A stretch of DNA of 64,000 bases from Podospora anserina (taxonomy: Eukaryota), in assembly GCA_017654855.1 (NCBI GenBank), contig CM030334.1, positions 2,294,001 to 2,358,000 on the forward strand, in the 5' to 3' direction. Position numbers and translations under genes: made by a program. Positions 23,097 to 36,735 of this stretch are shown one piece after another. Numbering within the stretch: the first letter of the stretch is position 1; the number at the start of each line of letters is the position of its first letter. The notes beneath the pieces are model-generated. The model was not told the origin of the DNA. It saw nothing but the letters and a program-made list of their open reading frames with translations, and ran no database searches.

Positions 23097-25523
23097 TCAC
23101 CTCATCAACCTTTTAATCCCCCCCCTAACCTCCTCCTCCCCCTCCCCCCCCCCCTCCTCCTCCTCCTTCATCTTCCTCTTATTGTTGCTATTCCCCAACA
23201 TCACCATTGTCCCCTGCCCCTGCCCTCCCCCCCCCCCACCAGTATTAACCTCATCCCAACAAGTCCCATGAAACACCCTCCTCCCCTGCCCAGATCCAAC
23301 AACAACCGCATCCATCCAAACCCAATCCTGCACCTCCTCCAGATACCTACTCTGGAATTTCTCCTGGCAGATCGGGCAGACCTTGTTCGTCCCCGTCCCC
23401 GTCCCATCCCCCTCATCAGGCGCGGTGATCCACCTCTTCTTCTTCTCATTCTTCTTCCTCCTCCCCCCTTTTACCGCAGCAGACCAATCATTATCATCAC
23501 TCTCGCTCCCATCCCCCTCTCCTGACCCGCCCCCGCCGCTGGGGGCGTTATAATCCACATCCGGCTCCTCGTGACTCTGAATCCAATCAAGCTCGCTCAC
23601 AAACTGCGACCGGTGCTGACCCCTTTGCTCAGCCTCAGCAACACGCTGATGAACACGAAAGTGCCAGTCCATGTGCTGCGTCTTCTTCTTTCTGCCTTCT
23701 TCCGTGGTGGGGAAGCGGCGGCCGCACTGGGAGCAGGGGGGGCCGAGGTGATCGAGGAGATAAGGCAACAGATGCAGGCGGGGGAATTTGAGAGAGGCAG
23801 GGGTGAGAGTTATGATGTTCGGATCCGGGGGTGGGAGAGATGGGATGGCGGGTGGTGGTGTAGGTACGCCGGGGGTGCCGCCGAGAAGGCCGGACTGCCG
23901 TAGCATAGCCAATAAAGCCGATGGGTTCTGTGTCAACGGGTTGGCTGCCGCAGCGGGCTGTTGTTGTTGAGCAACTGGTGGTGCTGGTGGTGGTTGAAAT
24001 GGAGCTGCTTGTTGTGGTGGTGATCGCAGCGCGGCCAAAGCAGGTGGTACAGCCGCCGGCGGCGGAACCGGCGCAGTAGATGACTGTTGAGGGGTGGCAG
24101 GTTTCTTGGCCGCCAAAAGCGCAGCCAGAGCGCCCTGGCCAAGAATCGCATCGAGAGATAGTGTTCCCGGAGCGGCACCTCCTGCGGTGGTTGTCGGACG
24201 GACTGGTGGTGGTGGTGCCGCTGCCACGGGCACGGGAGCAACATTTGATGCCGGACGTCCCAGAGCCGCCGCTAGTACCGCTGGTAATTGGGGCAGTACA
24301 GAAGGTGGAGGAGCAGCGGCAGCAACTGGGGGAGGTGCAAACTGTTGAGTTACAACAGGAGGTGTTGGGGTGTGCGTGTTGTATGGTGGTGGCAGAGCAG
24401 GAGGATATGATGGCGGTGGCTGCGCCTGGGCAGCGCGCATGTTTACAGCAAGTTTAGCAACTTGATCGCTTATGATCATCAACTGCTCCTGAGGCAGGTT
24501 TTGGCTCTGGACTACTTTTTGCAAATCCAGCAAAGCCTTCAGTCTGTTTTGTTTACTAGCATCATGCATGTTCTGGGCAAAACCCGCCCTGTCCAGCTCG
24601 ATCAACTGCTGGATATCATCTTTCAACTTGTCTATGTTTATTCCTGGAGCTGGAGGAACACCATAGGGACCTTGGTTGGGAGGTGGCTGGTAGTGAGCAT
24701 ATGGCCCGGCTGATGGAGCAGGCTGCGGTGGCGTAGTACGGTTAGGGACGCCATTGGGTGTCTGTAGACATGTATTAGCAACACGAACGGCATGAATGAG
24801 AGCTACACTAGCACTTACGTTCCCGGAGCGCATGGGATAGGCCTGTTCTCCAGGCGGCGGGTACTGTCCATTAGGTGGTCCCTGATATGACGGCTGTCCA
24901 TGTGGTGGTGGTGGTGGTGGTGGTTGGTAAGCTCTGCCCATGGGAGGTGTCGGCGTATCTCTAGCAGGCGGGCCGGCCGGACGCCCTCGCATGAGATGGG
25001 TCTGGAATTTGACTTGCTCCATGTAGGCATTGCGCGCAGCCAGCAGAGCGTTCTCAATGGGTCGAACCAATTCAAGTGGGAAGACCGGTTTCTTGGAGAT
25101 GGACCCGGCTACAGGTTCCTTCCATGTCTTCAGCATTTCGTCCATCTTTCTCCGTGTCGCGTTGTCGACTTTGGTGTAGGAACCCATGAAGATTTGATAG
25201 AGCTTGGGGCCGAAATATAGGGCGTAGGGAGTCGGGACATTCTTCACGATCGAGTCCAGGACGTAGAGGGCGGGTAGGGTTTTGGAGGCGGGTGCCTATC
25301 GTGATGTTAGCATTTCTGATTATCAAGGATCAGAAGGACAATCTGCAAGTCACGACGTTACCTCTTTGATGTGATTTGTGAGGACCTCTGAAATGGCCAG
25401 ACCATGGTCGGCGTTCTCTCGGGCGATGTTGGTCAATGTGACGATTTCAAAGCGAGCATTGGTGGTCAAGTCCTGGAGCGCCTCACGGAAATCGGCCGCC
25501 ACTTCATCGCCGTGGTCTTCCAT
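23097..25523 (-). CDS. PCF11: mRNA cleavage/polyadenylation and termination factor Pcf11; exons ~25523-25362, 25295-24819, 24761-23097
   Basis: CID domain (FREALQDLTTNARFEIVTLTNIAREN; LPALYVLDSIVKNV; MDEMLKTWK) plus zinc-binding motifs CSQCGRRF...HMDWHF and CPICQEKF...WVWMDAV...HGTC. Confidence 0.93.
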
Positions 25524-27168
25524 GATGGGTGTGAAACGTGGGAAGGGGCAATCAACAAGTCAATCCAGTGATGCTCAACAAGTAGTAGAGATATCGCTGT
25601 TCTGCTGCAATGGATTGCTTGGAGAGAAGATGATGATGACTAGTAGAGGAGAGCAGGAAATAATATCGCTCCGTTGCCCAGCTACCCTGCAGGCCTCACG
25701 CGCGATGCTCCTCCGCAAATTCTCCCCTGCAATCACAAGCCAAATCCCATCCGCAGATTTGCCTACTATATCAACTGAAATGGAAAGAAAAAGAATCAGA
25801 GAAGACTCTGATGGCCAGCGGAGCTGGTTAGATGGAAGATCTGAAGTCGCGACTCGATGGATGCTAGAATGTGGTGGATGGAATCAGCGACTGTTGGTTG
25901 TGGTTGGTTGGCGGTCTGCCGCGGATCGGTCGAATCTCAAAATGGCCGACGAGCGAGAAATTTTCCGCTTGAATTCGCCGCTAGAAGTTATTCACTCTGT
26001 CAGTGAGCCGCCGGCTGCTTCTGCTTTGTTGTGATTTGAGCAGAAACTGCAAAGTCGCAAGTTGTGTTCACGGTTGGGGAAAAGCTTGGAGTCGCAGTGC
26101 TGGTCTCTTTGCCTTTTTGTTGTGGGGCGCTGGCGCTGTGGAATTGGTCAGGAAGCCCAGTCCACAAAGTTTGATAAGCTGATACGCACGGGCCATCCAG
26201 CTGGGTCGGTGGGTCCAAGAACATGAGGGTATCACGAGCACATGAGATTCACAAAATGCAAGTGCTTGGTTAGGGCCTGGAACCTATATAGTTTCTTTCC
26301 TGCTAGCTTTACATTGCCTCACTTACAGTCTGCCATTTCTTCAGCGAGACCTATTCAAATCACCTCACCACCCCCATAAGAAAAAAATAGCCCGCATCAC
26401 CCAAACCCCCTCCCCAACCACAAACATCACCCCGCCACAACCCCCTTCCATGTTAATGAACTTGAAGCCCTCCACCCCATCTCAGAATCTCTGCCGTTTC
26501 GCCTACAAGGTCTACACAAGTGTCCTACCCTGTCCATAACGGATTCACATCACACATTCATCATTGAGAACCGACGGGCAGCACAAAGAAACCACACATC
26601 CATTCAACCAACCGCCCTTGTAAACAGGCAGGAACCACATTCCACATATCCATCCCCAGCCCAGCCGATACACATCGTCTTGACCAGAAACAAGCCCTCC
26701 GAAATATATACATACAAAGAAATAAACGCCGTGATCCCTTCTTCAGAACAAATGTATTAAAAACAAAGTATACCACCGCCGCCGCCGCCGCCGCCGCTCC
26801 CATCATCGTCACCGATTCGTGACATAACACCAAAAAGATAAAACACAAAGCCCCTTTTATATAGGACCACCGTTCCCACCCCACACCCACATCACTGTAA
26901 ACCATCGCTCAAAAGCAGAAACGGAAAAACAATTTGGGTTTTGCTCCCCAACCATAAGCCGACCTCCAAAGACATAATCCATGACCAACAAGATTATGAT
27001 ATACCCGCACTATAATTCCACGCTCTTGTCAGACGCCCAAACGCCATGCTTCTTTCGAGTCCGACCAAAAACACAATTCCAACCAGCCTCTCCTGGCCCC
27101 CACACAGCTAACCCCATAGCTGAGTTGTCTCTTACAACTCTCTTACAACAGCAAAAACGTCCATCACG

Positions 27169-30100
27169 TTATACCAGCTGGCCAAGAACAGCACCCTGAG
27201 GTACACGCACATTGGTAATGACCTCCCTGATGGTGGAGCCCCAGTACGGTAAGCTGCTGTAGAACATGGCACACATCATGAGGACGAGAAGAGGAATCTG
27301 TAGCACATGGTTAGCATGTTGTCATCAAAAACATCATGGGCGAGTCGACATACCCAAATGAAGAACAGATTCCGATCCCCACTCAGCCTCTTCATCCTTT
27401 CGGCGCGCGCCCTCAAGATCCTTTCCCGCTGAGCCTCAGTGATGGCATTCTTGGGCCCAATCTCGATGAAAGCGGCATCTTCATCCGAGAACTGTTCCTC
27501 CGCCTCCACCACTGGGGCCGTGACAGTCAGGGCCTCTTGAGTAGAGGGCCCAGCCTCGTCGTACAGGGCGGCACACTTGACATCTGCCTCGGCCTCGGCG
27601 GCAGCTTGAACCGCAGACGATTGCTTCTTGTCATAAGTATCTTGCTGGAAGATTTCGCTGTACGCTGGTGGTGCCTGGATTGGCGCGGGTTGAGCACTGG
27701 TGGCCATCGACGAGAGAGCGTGCCACAGCTCCTTGATAGAGGAAACGTCCTCCACGTTCGAGTCTGGACGAGGGCCGCCCAGGTTGGGAACCATCGAGGC
27801 TAACCGTTGCATCACAGCGGCCTGGTAATCTGGCATCTGAGGGATGTACGGCATTGGTAGGTTCTGCAGGATGTTGAGCTGCATAGCCTGCTGCAGTTGC
27901 TGGAACTGAGTAGTCATGTGGTCCCTAAACGCAGTCATGGCGGCTGTCGGCAAAGCAAGCCCACCCAGACCATCAGTACCACGGCGCTGCCGACGGGGTG
28001 CATCATCTGCCGGTGGAGCTGGTGTGATACTGTTGTTTTCGCGCATATCGAGCCACTCGTCTTCTTCGTCAGCATTCTCAGAAGCCGCGTCGCTCTCTTC
28101 CGTGGTCGCAAATGTCGAATACTCTGGACTTTCCTCGCCGTCATCGGCCTCCACCTTGAGACTGTTATCACTCTCTGCATCCTTGCTTTCGGGTGCGGGC
28201 AGTGCCTTTGCGAGACTGAGTGCACTGTTGACCCTGCTATGGAGAGAGACGCCGCTGCGGGAGCGCGTGTGTGATTCAAAGCGGTTGATGGCTCGAATGG
28301 CGGCTGGTGACTTGGCCACATCCGCAGCAGTCAGACCCGACAGTGTCCGCAGTGTGGAATCCGCGCCGTGCGAAGTCAGAAGGCGGATGATGTCTGGCCG
28401 GTTCTTGAGAGACGCCATGTGCAACGCTGTGTATCCGGCCTTATCTCGCACGTCGGGGTTTGCTCCGCGAGCCAAAAGACCAGCGACAAAGCGATGAAGG
28501 CCAAGATAGCACGCGACATGCAAGGCAGTTTGACCCGTCGCCCTCGTCCTCAAGTTGAACCGAGCCGAGTGTGGGCTGTCATCGAGATCAATCATCTCCA
28601 AAACGTTTAGGAGCTGGCCATCGAGGTTTGCCCCAGTTGGTCGGCCAGTGTATGATCCATCCCCTCCAGTCATCCCGCCTCCAGCCCCAAAGCTGTCCTG
28701 CGATTCCTGATGCCTTCCGATGATCTGCTGCGCAAATCCGTAGAGACCACCAGACCCTCCATTCATCTTACTGTTGAGGATAGCAAGGGCGAGGTTGACA
28801 GCTTGCTGATCACAGTCGTCCTTGTACGTAAACCACACGGGGTGTCCCTGCAATTCTAGTTGAGCATCCTTGAAAGTGATCCTCACGGCACCAGGAGATT
28901 CGGCCGGTGGCACTAGACACACAAGAGATTCAGGGCCCCAGAATGTCGTCGTCGTCGCCGGCTTACCGCCAAACATGACTTCCACGCCCCTCTTGAACCC
29001 CTTGCCTAGCACAGTAACCTCATACCCTCCCAGTACCAAGCCCTCCTGCGGTACCACCTTATGTATGACTGGAGTTTGTGAAGCGGCGTTCGAGGCGGCG
29101 CTGGCTGGACCAGAAGCGTACACATTTCTGGGTGCAACTTGAGAAAGAGCCACGCCCCCACGTGCTGCGGGCATAGTAAGGGTTGCCATGGAGGTGGTGG
29201 GGCTGGGGGCTCTGCTTTGGTGGAGCGAGGACGTTCCAGAATATAAACCGGCACCTCCATTGTCCAGATTCGCGGTCCCGTTCGGGTTGAATAACGACGG
29301 TTGGTTGTGGTTGGGCGTCGGTGGACCACTGGCGTGCCCCGGTGACATTTGCAGCTGGCCTGGGGCCATTGTCCCTGTGGGTGACACAAACATTCCGTCA
29401 GGGGGGAGCCCCAAATGTGCAGGTGGCATGTGTCGATAGTGGGGGGATGGTGTTGACGAAGCCGAGGGGCCAACCGTCGATGGCAGTTGTGCTACCGGAG
29501 ACAGGGCCGTTTCGAGCCGTGCTGCGGCCTGCTTTCTCTTCTTCGACGGTTGCTGTCCAGGGAGGGGTCCAGCCGGAGCCGGGCGTACCAAGAGGCGAGA
29601 AGCTTGGATCGGCTGGTCAGGCAACTGCGTAGACATCGATGAGCTGCGCCTATCTGCTGCGTTGGTCAGGGGAGGCGAGGGGTAGAAAACTGTGCTTTCG
29701 ACGGCAGCCTGTCTATTCAATGCATTTTCGGCGGCATGGGGAGTCTTGTGATCATCGGTAATCATGATCGAGGGTGACAAGGCCTGGGCGACAAACTCTC
29801 CCCTGAAATCCGTCAGTGTGAAGATGACCTGAAAGCCCAGCTTTTCGGTATGATGCCGGCAGTAACACGCGATTCTCATCGGTGCCTCGACAGTCCACGG
29901 CGCTCCTGGTTGCACCATGTGCACTTGCAACTGGCCTGATTCGTCCGTCTCCCCCTTGGGGGCTTCCCACTCCCTGACTTCGCCAGTGTTGAAAACGATC
30001 ACTCGGTATAGCTCGTCCTGCCTCCAAATCTCTTCATCTTCCACCTTTTTGATCTTTTTGCGACTGGCCCGCTTCCGTTCTCGCGACACACAATTTTGAC

Positions 30101-31388
30101 AAATGGTGACTTCCCCGCCATCCTGAGGTTTTGGTCCTTCATCACTTCCGTCTCCGGACTGCAAGGACGGTAGAGTCGGCTTCACTCTAGGTACCTTGGA
30201 TGCCTTGCGTGCTTGTTCCATGGCTGTCTTCATGAGGTCCTTGTTCTGCATGGCGCTTGTACAAACAAGCCGAACGTGCAGCTCCAACATGTCTGGAGAC
30301 GGCTCTGGGGTAGGCTTGGCGAGAAGCTTTGGCTTGCTGATGGTGTGTGTTGGAAGATGAATCCTTTTGATACCAGGAGGGAGTGGCGTCAGGTTCAATT
30401 TTATCGGAATCTGCGTCTCGACTCGGGACTTGGTAGGCGTTGGGTCTACGGTAAGCTTGAAAGGTTGCGGTTGGGTAAAAAACCCCCTATTGAAGTTGAG
30501 TGGTGGCCCTACGTTTCCAGAAAACTGTGATGGAACAGGCACCATCTGCGGATTTACACCCATGCCGATTGGGTGCCATGGTGGGTAGGTGTTTGTTGGT
30601 AGACCATGGTAGTACTGCGGCGATTGGGGGTTGGGCATTCGTGGGGAGAAAGGAGATGTTTCGCGCGAAGTCTCGAGTGACATGTCACTTGTTGTCTGCT
30701 TGAAATCAAAGGGCTTCATGTAACCGTCAGCTTGCCATGTCTTGCCCTGGCCAGACAAGCTACTTACCATGTACATATTGTTATTGCCAAACATCAGAGA
30801 ATCGGCCTGGCTCGTCTGCGGCGATAGTTGCTGGGCTGTCTCGTAGCCGGCGCTGTTTGGGGAGCTGAAGTCTGAATGAGGCTCCATCGCTCCTCCGAAA
30901 CTTGGCCCGTCAAGACCATTACGCCCGTCGACAGTTTGCTCCGTCTTCCATTCTGGCTTGATCTCGGACCCATCCAGCACTGAATCATCCTTGTGGTTTC
31001 TCAATGATGTGCTAGTAAACGTTGTGCTTGCTGGCCCGTTGGAGGAGCCCGAGTCGGCCAACGAGTTCCGCGAGCTGGTGTACAAGTTGACCTGGCTCAT
31101 GGGAAGAGCGTCAGAAGGGGACAAGGGGATGAAGACATCCCCCACGTCGTCCATGACATCAGGCCCCGAGGGAAGAGGGCTCTCATCGGAATCGAAATAT
31201 TCTTCTGGATACGGCTCATTGGTGAAATCCTGCATCAGCGACATGAAGTGGCTGGGATAGTTGCTGCTGCTGCTGCTGCTGTTGTTGTTGTTGTTGTTGA
31301 GCTCATCAAACGAGGGTTCCCAGGCTGACATTGGTTGGTCCATGTTGGACAGTTCGCAATTCAAGGCGGCCGGTCCTGCCGTGGCCAT
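27169..31388 (-). CDS. MGA2: Membrane-tethered IPT/TIG plus ankyrin transcription factor (Spt23/Mga2 family); exons 31388-27354, 27297-27169
   Basis: KSRVETQIPI, CQNCVSRERKRASRKK, RIACYCRHH, IMITDDHK, an IPT domain (PQEGLVLGGYEVTVLG...WGPESLVCLVPP), two ankyrin repeats, and DRNLFFIW/IPLLVLMMCAMF forming a TM anchor after splicing. Confidence 0.92.
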
Positions 31389-33381
31389 CGAGGCTGGTGT
31401 GCAACCAGCTGGAAGTAAAACGGGCCGCTGTCGAGCAGGGGGTGCGCGTCGCGTTTGCGAGGCGTTGTCGGTAGTGTCGTGTGTCAGGGACGAGATCAGA
31501 CTCGGACTCGAAACAATTCGCAGTTGATGTTGTTTTTTGTTGGGACGGCAAGAGTCAAAGTGGGAACGAGGCCAAATTGCGCCCAGGCGGGGTTCTCAGG
31601 GCTTCGCGATGGTCGGGCAGCGGTGTCGTCTCTTCGTAAACGCGGCTCTCACTCACAAATGTCACCTGGCGATGTGGATGATGGCGACGGAGAGAGTGGA
31701 GGTGAGGTCCCCCGGTGGTCGGTAGGTTGGTCGGTCGGTCGGGGAGACAGGATTGGATTGGATGGGGTTGGGGCACTTCCAGTGCTGCACAGCGGTGACG
31801 GCGAGAAGCAAAGGGAGAGAGAGCAGTTCGAAAGGCGGTAAGCGAAAATGAGCACTGGCCAATTGTCGATGTTCGGACCCTTGCAATGGCAAAATCGCCC
31901 AGCCTTGACCTGGATGGTCAATCGTCACTCTCTGCGTCTCTGTTGCAGATGTCTGACCCTCGGCGGTCAACTTCCGGGTGACGGTCGTCCGGAAGAGTGT
32001 GTCGTGACCTTGTTTCTTGTTGTGTAGCTAGCTAGCAATGTGAATTGGGGAAAAGCAAAAGGCAAGGTGAGCTGGGCAGGGCAAAAGTTAAGTCTGAGGT
32101 GAGGAGGGCACTTGGCTGCGGAGAGGAGGTGAAGACCAGACCGGACCGGGGGCAAATGGACTGCTCTGCACACCTGGATCAAACCTAAAAGGTGGGGCCT
32201 TGTGGAACGCAGGGAAAGCGTGGTGCTTCTGTCAGCCACTGGCAAAATCCCAAATTAGGGTAAAGCTACCGCAATGTTGGAACTGTCAGTGGTCACTGAC
32301 GGATACAGGGAGGATTCTTCGATATTTCAATTCGACAAAAGTCCTGGGTACGGCATCGTCGGCAGGATCCCTATCAGACTGAACCGCAGGCACGCGGCGT
32401 GACTGACTGAGTGAGTGAGTGTATGTGTGTGTGTGTGTGTGACAGTCGTCATTCATCCGCACTCGGGCTGCATCTCTGCTACTACTGCCAGTTGTCCCCT
32501 GAGGTGTTCCTGACTTCGGCGTCTCTTTTGCTTTGCTGCAACTCACATCTGCCTGGCTGGCCTGCAGCGGATCCGCCGGCCTAGTGTACATATGTGTGTA
32601 TGTAAAGGGCTTGGTCTGGATCGTAGTAGCAAGTGGAAGAAGATGGGACGACGCTATTCCGCAATGATGCCATGATGGAGATCACGGATCCATCACGCCT
32701 CTTTGACAGCTGCCACTAGTCAACTGATTAACCTTGGAGAAGCTGCTCCGAGAGGGGTCTCAGGGTGCACGGGGCACTATCATGAAGATATCTGGTATGT
32801 GCGTGTCAATACTGCGTCTCAGACATGCAGTTTAACCGATTGATATGTCTCTATCGAGGTTTTCCCTCCAAGCGAAATAACAATCCCAGCCATCCAGTCT
32901 TTTGGGTCGTCTAAACTTAGCCAAACACACCAAAAACTAGCCCACCGAGTTTCTCGGCGCTGGAAAGGGGACAGGGGGAAACGCGTCATTTTGCGGACGC
33001 TAACAGGAGGGAATAGGATATAAATGATGGACGAATTACGGAACTGTTTCGAGTATTTCTTTTTCATATTACGGACTGACGTCGTGGTCAGAGAAAGCGA
33101 GACTGCTGCATGAGACGAGGGCCTTCAAGGGTCATAAAAGGGTTCAAAAAGGGAGGTAGCTAACTGGTCTTCTTCATCTTATTCTGTCTACAACATGCGA
33201 CTCCAAAATGATACTAAACTCCTTGCTATGGAGGCACGCAACACTGCAGAAAAGAAAGGACAGAGGACATCTGAGGCCTCTCGTTTGGTGGTCTATACAT
33301 CATGTTCCCAATCCCACCACTTGGCACTGTTTCTTTACCCCGAGATGGAGGTCATCCCGGCTAATCCGGGCAGCCCAGTAC

Positions 33382-35428
33382 TCAACTACTGTCAGCATTG
33401 TGCGTCCCGGCCGGTCCCGGTGCTGAGGTCGGTCCTGCGATCGCTGGAGACTCATCCGGAAACCGTATTGTCCGTCCTGGGAGACTTGGTGATTCGAGGT
33501 CTATTTCGACGGCGCTGCTAGATCCGTCAGTGCCCATGGCGAGCCCGCCCGAGCCAGCGGGTATGGTTTTGACATCTAGTTCCCCACCTACTGGCCGACT
33601 GGGGATAACACTGCCGCCGATTCTAGAAACGGAACGCCTTACGTCTGACGAAGGAGGCTCCGTGGCAGGCAGTTCCTCTCCTGAGTTTCTCCTTGGTCGT
33701 CGGGCGACCAGTGTGCTCACTCTGTTTCGAATTGGTGGAAGAAATTCCCCCCCATCAGATGTCACAGAGATTCCTCTTGAGAGGGTCCTGGGAAGGTAAA
33801 ATCCTAGCTTTCCAAGTGGGAGACTCAGGCCATGCACAACCTGTCACCGTACATGTTAGTCCCTTTTGTCTTCTTGTCATAACAACAAAGATTCCAACTT
33901 ACAATACTGCAAATGGCCAGGAACCATACCACAACTTTGACCACGTGCCCCAAATGCTCAACCTCCTCGCTTGGCTCCATCGTCTTCAAGAACTCCAATG
34001 TGATATAGAGATAGAAGATCGCCGAAACCCCTATCGGGCCAAAGAAACCCACGAATATCGCCTGGCGGACTTCCTCGATCTGGGGGATAAACTTGAGGAT
34101 CGCAAACACCCATGGCAACCTCCTGAACAGCAGCACCAGAATTCCCAAAATAACCAGCCGATGCAGCGGTGCCACCCCATCATTCACCAAAAACTCATGC
34201 CACGGGCAAACCGCCCCCAACCACATGAACACCGACACATTCAGCAGCATGTCAATGGTTGGCTGTAACGAATCGTCCAGCGTCTCCAATCGAAACCAGT
34301 CATCCCAGGTGAAGGCATTGCCTGCAATGAAACAAGCAAGGACGTCATCGCTCCCAATCATCCCACACGTTCCCACGATGAACAACTATCAACAGATGTT
34401 AGCTTAGTCCTTCCCAGACACATTCCCCTACTTCTTCAGACCCAACCTCAGGAGTTGTAGAAGACACCTACCGCCAAACTGATAGCAAAAACCAAAAAGC
34501 TCTCCCTATCCACAAACTTCCTCTCCTCAGCCCAATGCAACAGCTTGTTCGCTCCCCAACCCACAACAGCACCATACACCTATCAACATCACCAGCTGGT
34601 TAGCAAAATCTCCTCTCCCTCGAGGGCAAAACATCAAAAGCACAAAACCTACCACACTCAACAGTATCGTATACCCCCAAGTCTCCCCAAACCACTGCCC
34701 CATCGCCCCCCTCACCCCCCCATCCCCTCCACCCCATCCCACCTCAAGTAAATACAGCCCCAAAAACAAAAACGGATACCCCAACCCATCATTCGCACCA
34801 CTCTCGGCAATAATCACATCCTGCAGCTCCTTCGGCACGTTATGATCCGCAAACTTGCCCTTCACAATCACATTGCTCAACACCGGGTCCGTGGGCGTGA
34901 CACAGCTGCCCACCACCAGCGCCTCCAGAAACCTAATCCCAGGCACCAGACCCCAGATTAAAAGAGCAGTAGACAGCCACATAGCCGTCATGATCGGGCC
35001 CAGCAACCACAGCAGCGGCCGCCATTGTTTCTTGAGATATCGTGACGGTAACTGAACACCCGCCAAAACAAGCTGAATCCCAAGAACAAGACGGGTGAAT
35101 GAGAGCGTGACAATGTTGAGGTCTTCTTCCGATCCCAAAGTATACTCGAGCGGTTTGATTAAATTCGCCGCCGCCGGAGAAAAGGCCACTCCCGCAAGCA
35201 ACGAAATCACTAATACATTTTTCGTCAGTATCTCATCTTCACCAACGGTTGAGGGAGGGTGTACAAGTCCAGGCGTCATAAGGGATATAGACAAGAAGCA
35301 AAACACCTACAAGCCTCACTCAAATAAAAATTCTCCTTCATCAAATACGACACCAGCCCAAACAAACTGATCCACCCCCCCAACACGCTCAACACAATGT
35401 TGAAGTTTGTAATCGCCAAGGTCGGCAT
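33382..35428 (-). CDS. NHA1: Plasma-membrane Na+(K+)/H+ antiporter (Nha1/Sod2 family); introns ~35310-35210, 34652-34580, 34471-34386, 33902-33841
   Basis: FGLVSYLMKENFYLSEA, CVTPTDPVLSNVIVKGKFA, AESGANDGLGYPF, GSDDVLACFIAGNAFTWDDWF and GFFGPIGVSAIFY; four canonical introns join the ORF pieces. Confidence 0.9.
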
Positions 35429-36052
35429 CTTGGCTTTCCCTTTCCCCCCCTTGGCGCCAAGCTGTCAAAACCGCACTCCTCCGCCTCCGGCTCGGGACCT
35501 CCGGACTCCACCCTTTCCGAATCCTCCGGACCGGGCGGCGCGGAAACTCCTTCTGTCCAAGTAAAAGCCGCAAGTGGTCTGTGGTGTGTATGTCGAAGGC
35601 GTGAGGCTGGATGTTATCGACACATTTGACCAAATCCCTCTCCGTGTTGTTTTAGAAAATCTTGCGCAGGAGAGAGAATCTAGAATGAAAAGTGAGCTCA
35701 GACCACCCACCCGTTAACAAATCAACAAACTTACTTTGAACAACAATGACCCAGCAACCGTTATCTGTATCGACGTCAGTTGAGGAGAGCGAGTGAGTGA
35801 GCAAGAACCATAAAAAACGCGGCGCCAAGCCCGCTTTTGAGGACCAGATCACACAGGCTGGGTCACCGCGGGCACAGTGTCGGAACCCCACTTTTGTTGG
35901 ACAACATCCCTCAAGCAGGAAGGAGCGGAATTCCATGAGAAGAGATCCCGATGGGTAATCCCCAAAACCTTAAAAAATCAGACGAAGGGTGTTATGTATA
36001 GGGGCATTCAGCCCAGTGAGAAAAGGCCAAAAATGAAAGTCCAAAAGTTGAG

Positions 36053-36124
36053 TGCGGCCATCGGGAATCGAACCCGACTCTAATGCTTGGAAGGCATTAA
36101 TGCTAACCACTACACCATGGCCGC
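36053..36124 (-). tRNA. tRNA-Gly (anticodon TCC), intronless
   Basis: Reverse complement GCGGCCA-TGGTGTAGTGGTTAGCATT-AATGC-CTTCCAA-GCATT-AGAGT-CGGGTTCGATTCCCGA-TGGCCGC-A folds as a cloverleaf with A and B boxes. Confidence 0.97.
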
Positions 36125-36735
36125 CTTTGGTTGTTAGAGTGGCGAGGTCATAGCATATATAAGTGGTTACAATCTCACCCACAATCTCATTAATTCTACA
36201 GACGACTATCTTCAAAAGTGTCTTGTGCTGTCGGTTGCTCTCTGTCGTTATCTTGCCGGACAGGATTCATCAATTACCACCACTCCCCTCAAACCAATAT
36301 CACGGAAACACCAGCCAGGGCATTAACAGGACAGAAAGTTGATACATTACACCACAGCTATAAATCATGCTGATTGCCCCCCCCTATCTAACGCCTTGCT
36401 ATCCGTTTATCCTCCATGCCCACCATCCCTTCGCAATGAGATACTTTAAAATGCTTCCCAGTCCATGTTGTTGTTGCTTGTGAAATGTTTTGTGTTTTGT
36501 TGCGCCGTCATAATGCCAATCCGGATGTACGAGAGGACTACCTAACTCCCTCGACTTCTTCTTTGCAAAACTCAATACTATCAAGAACACCATAAGATCC
36601 TCCCATGTTAGCTTGTTGCTGTTGTTGTATGTAAGGCGTGACGACGACACCGCCCAGAGATGTCGTCGCCAGTGTTGTTGAGCCGTGTGTAGCTGTGTGT
36701 GCCGCAAAGGGGGAGGTGTAGAGCCCACGTAGTGA

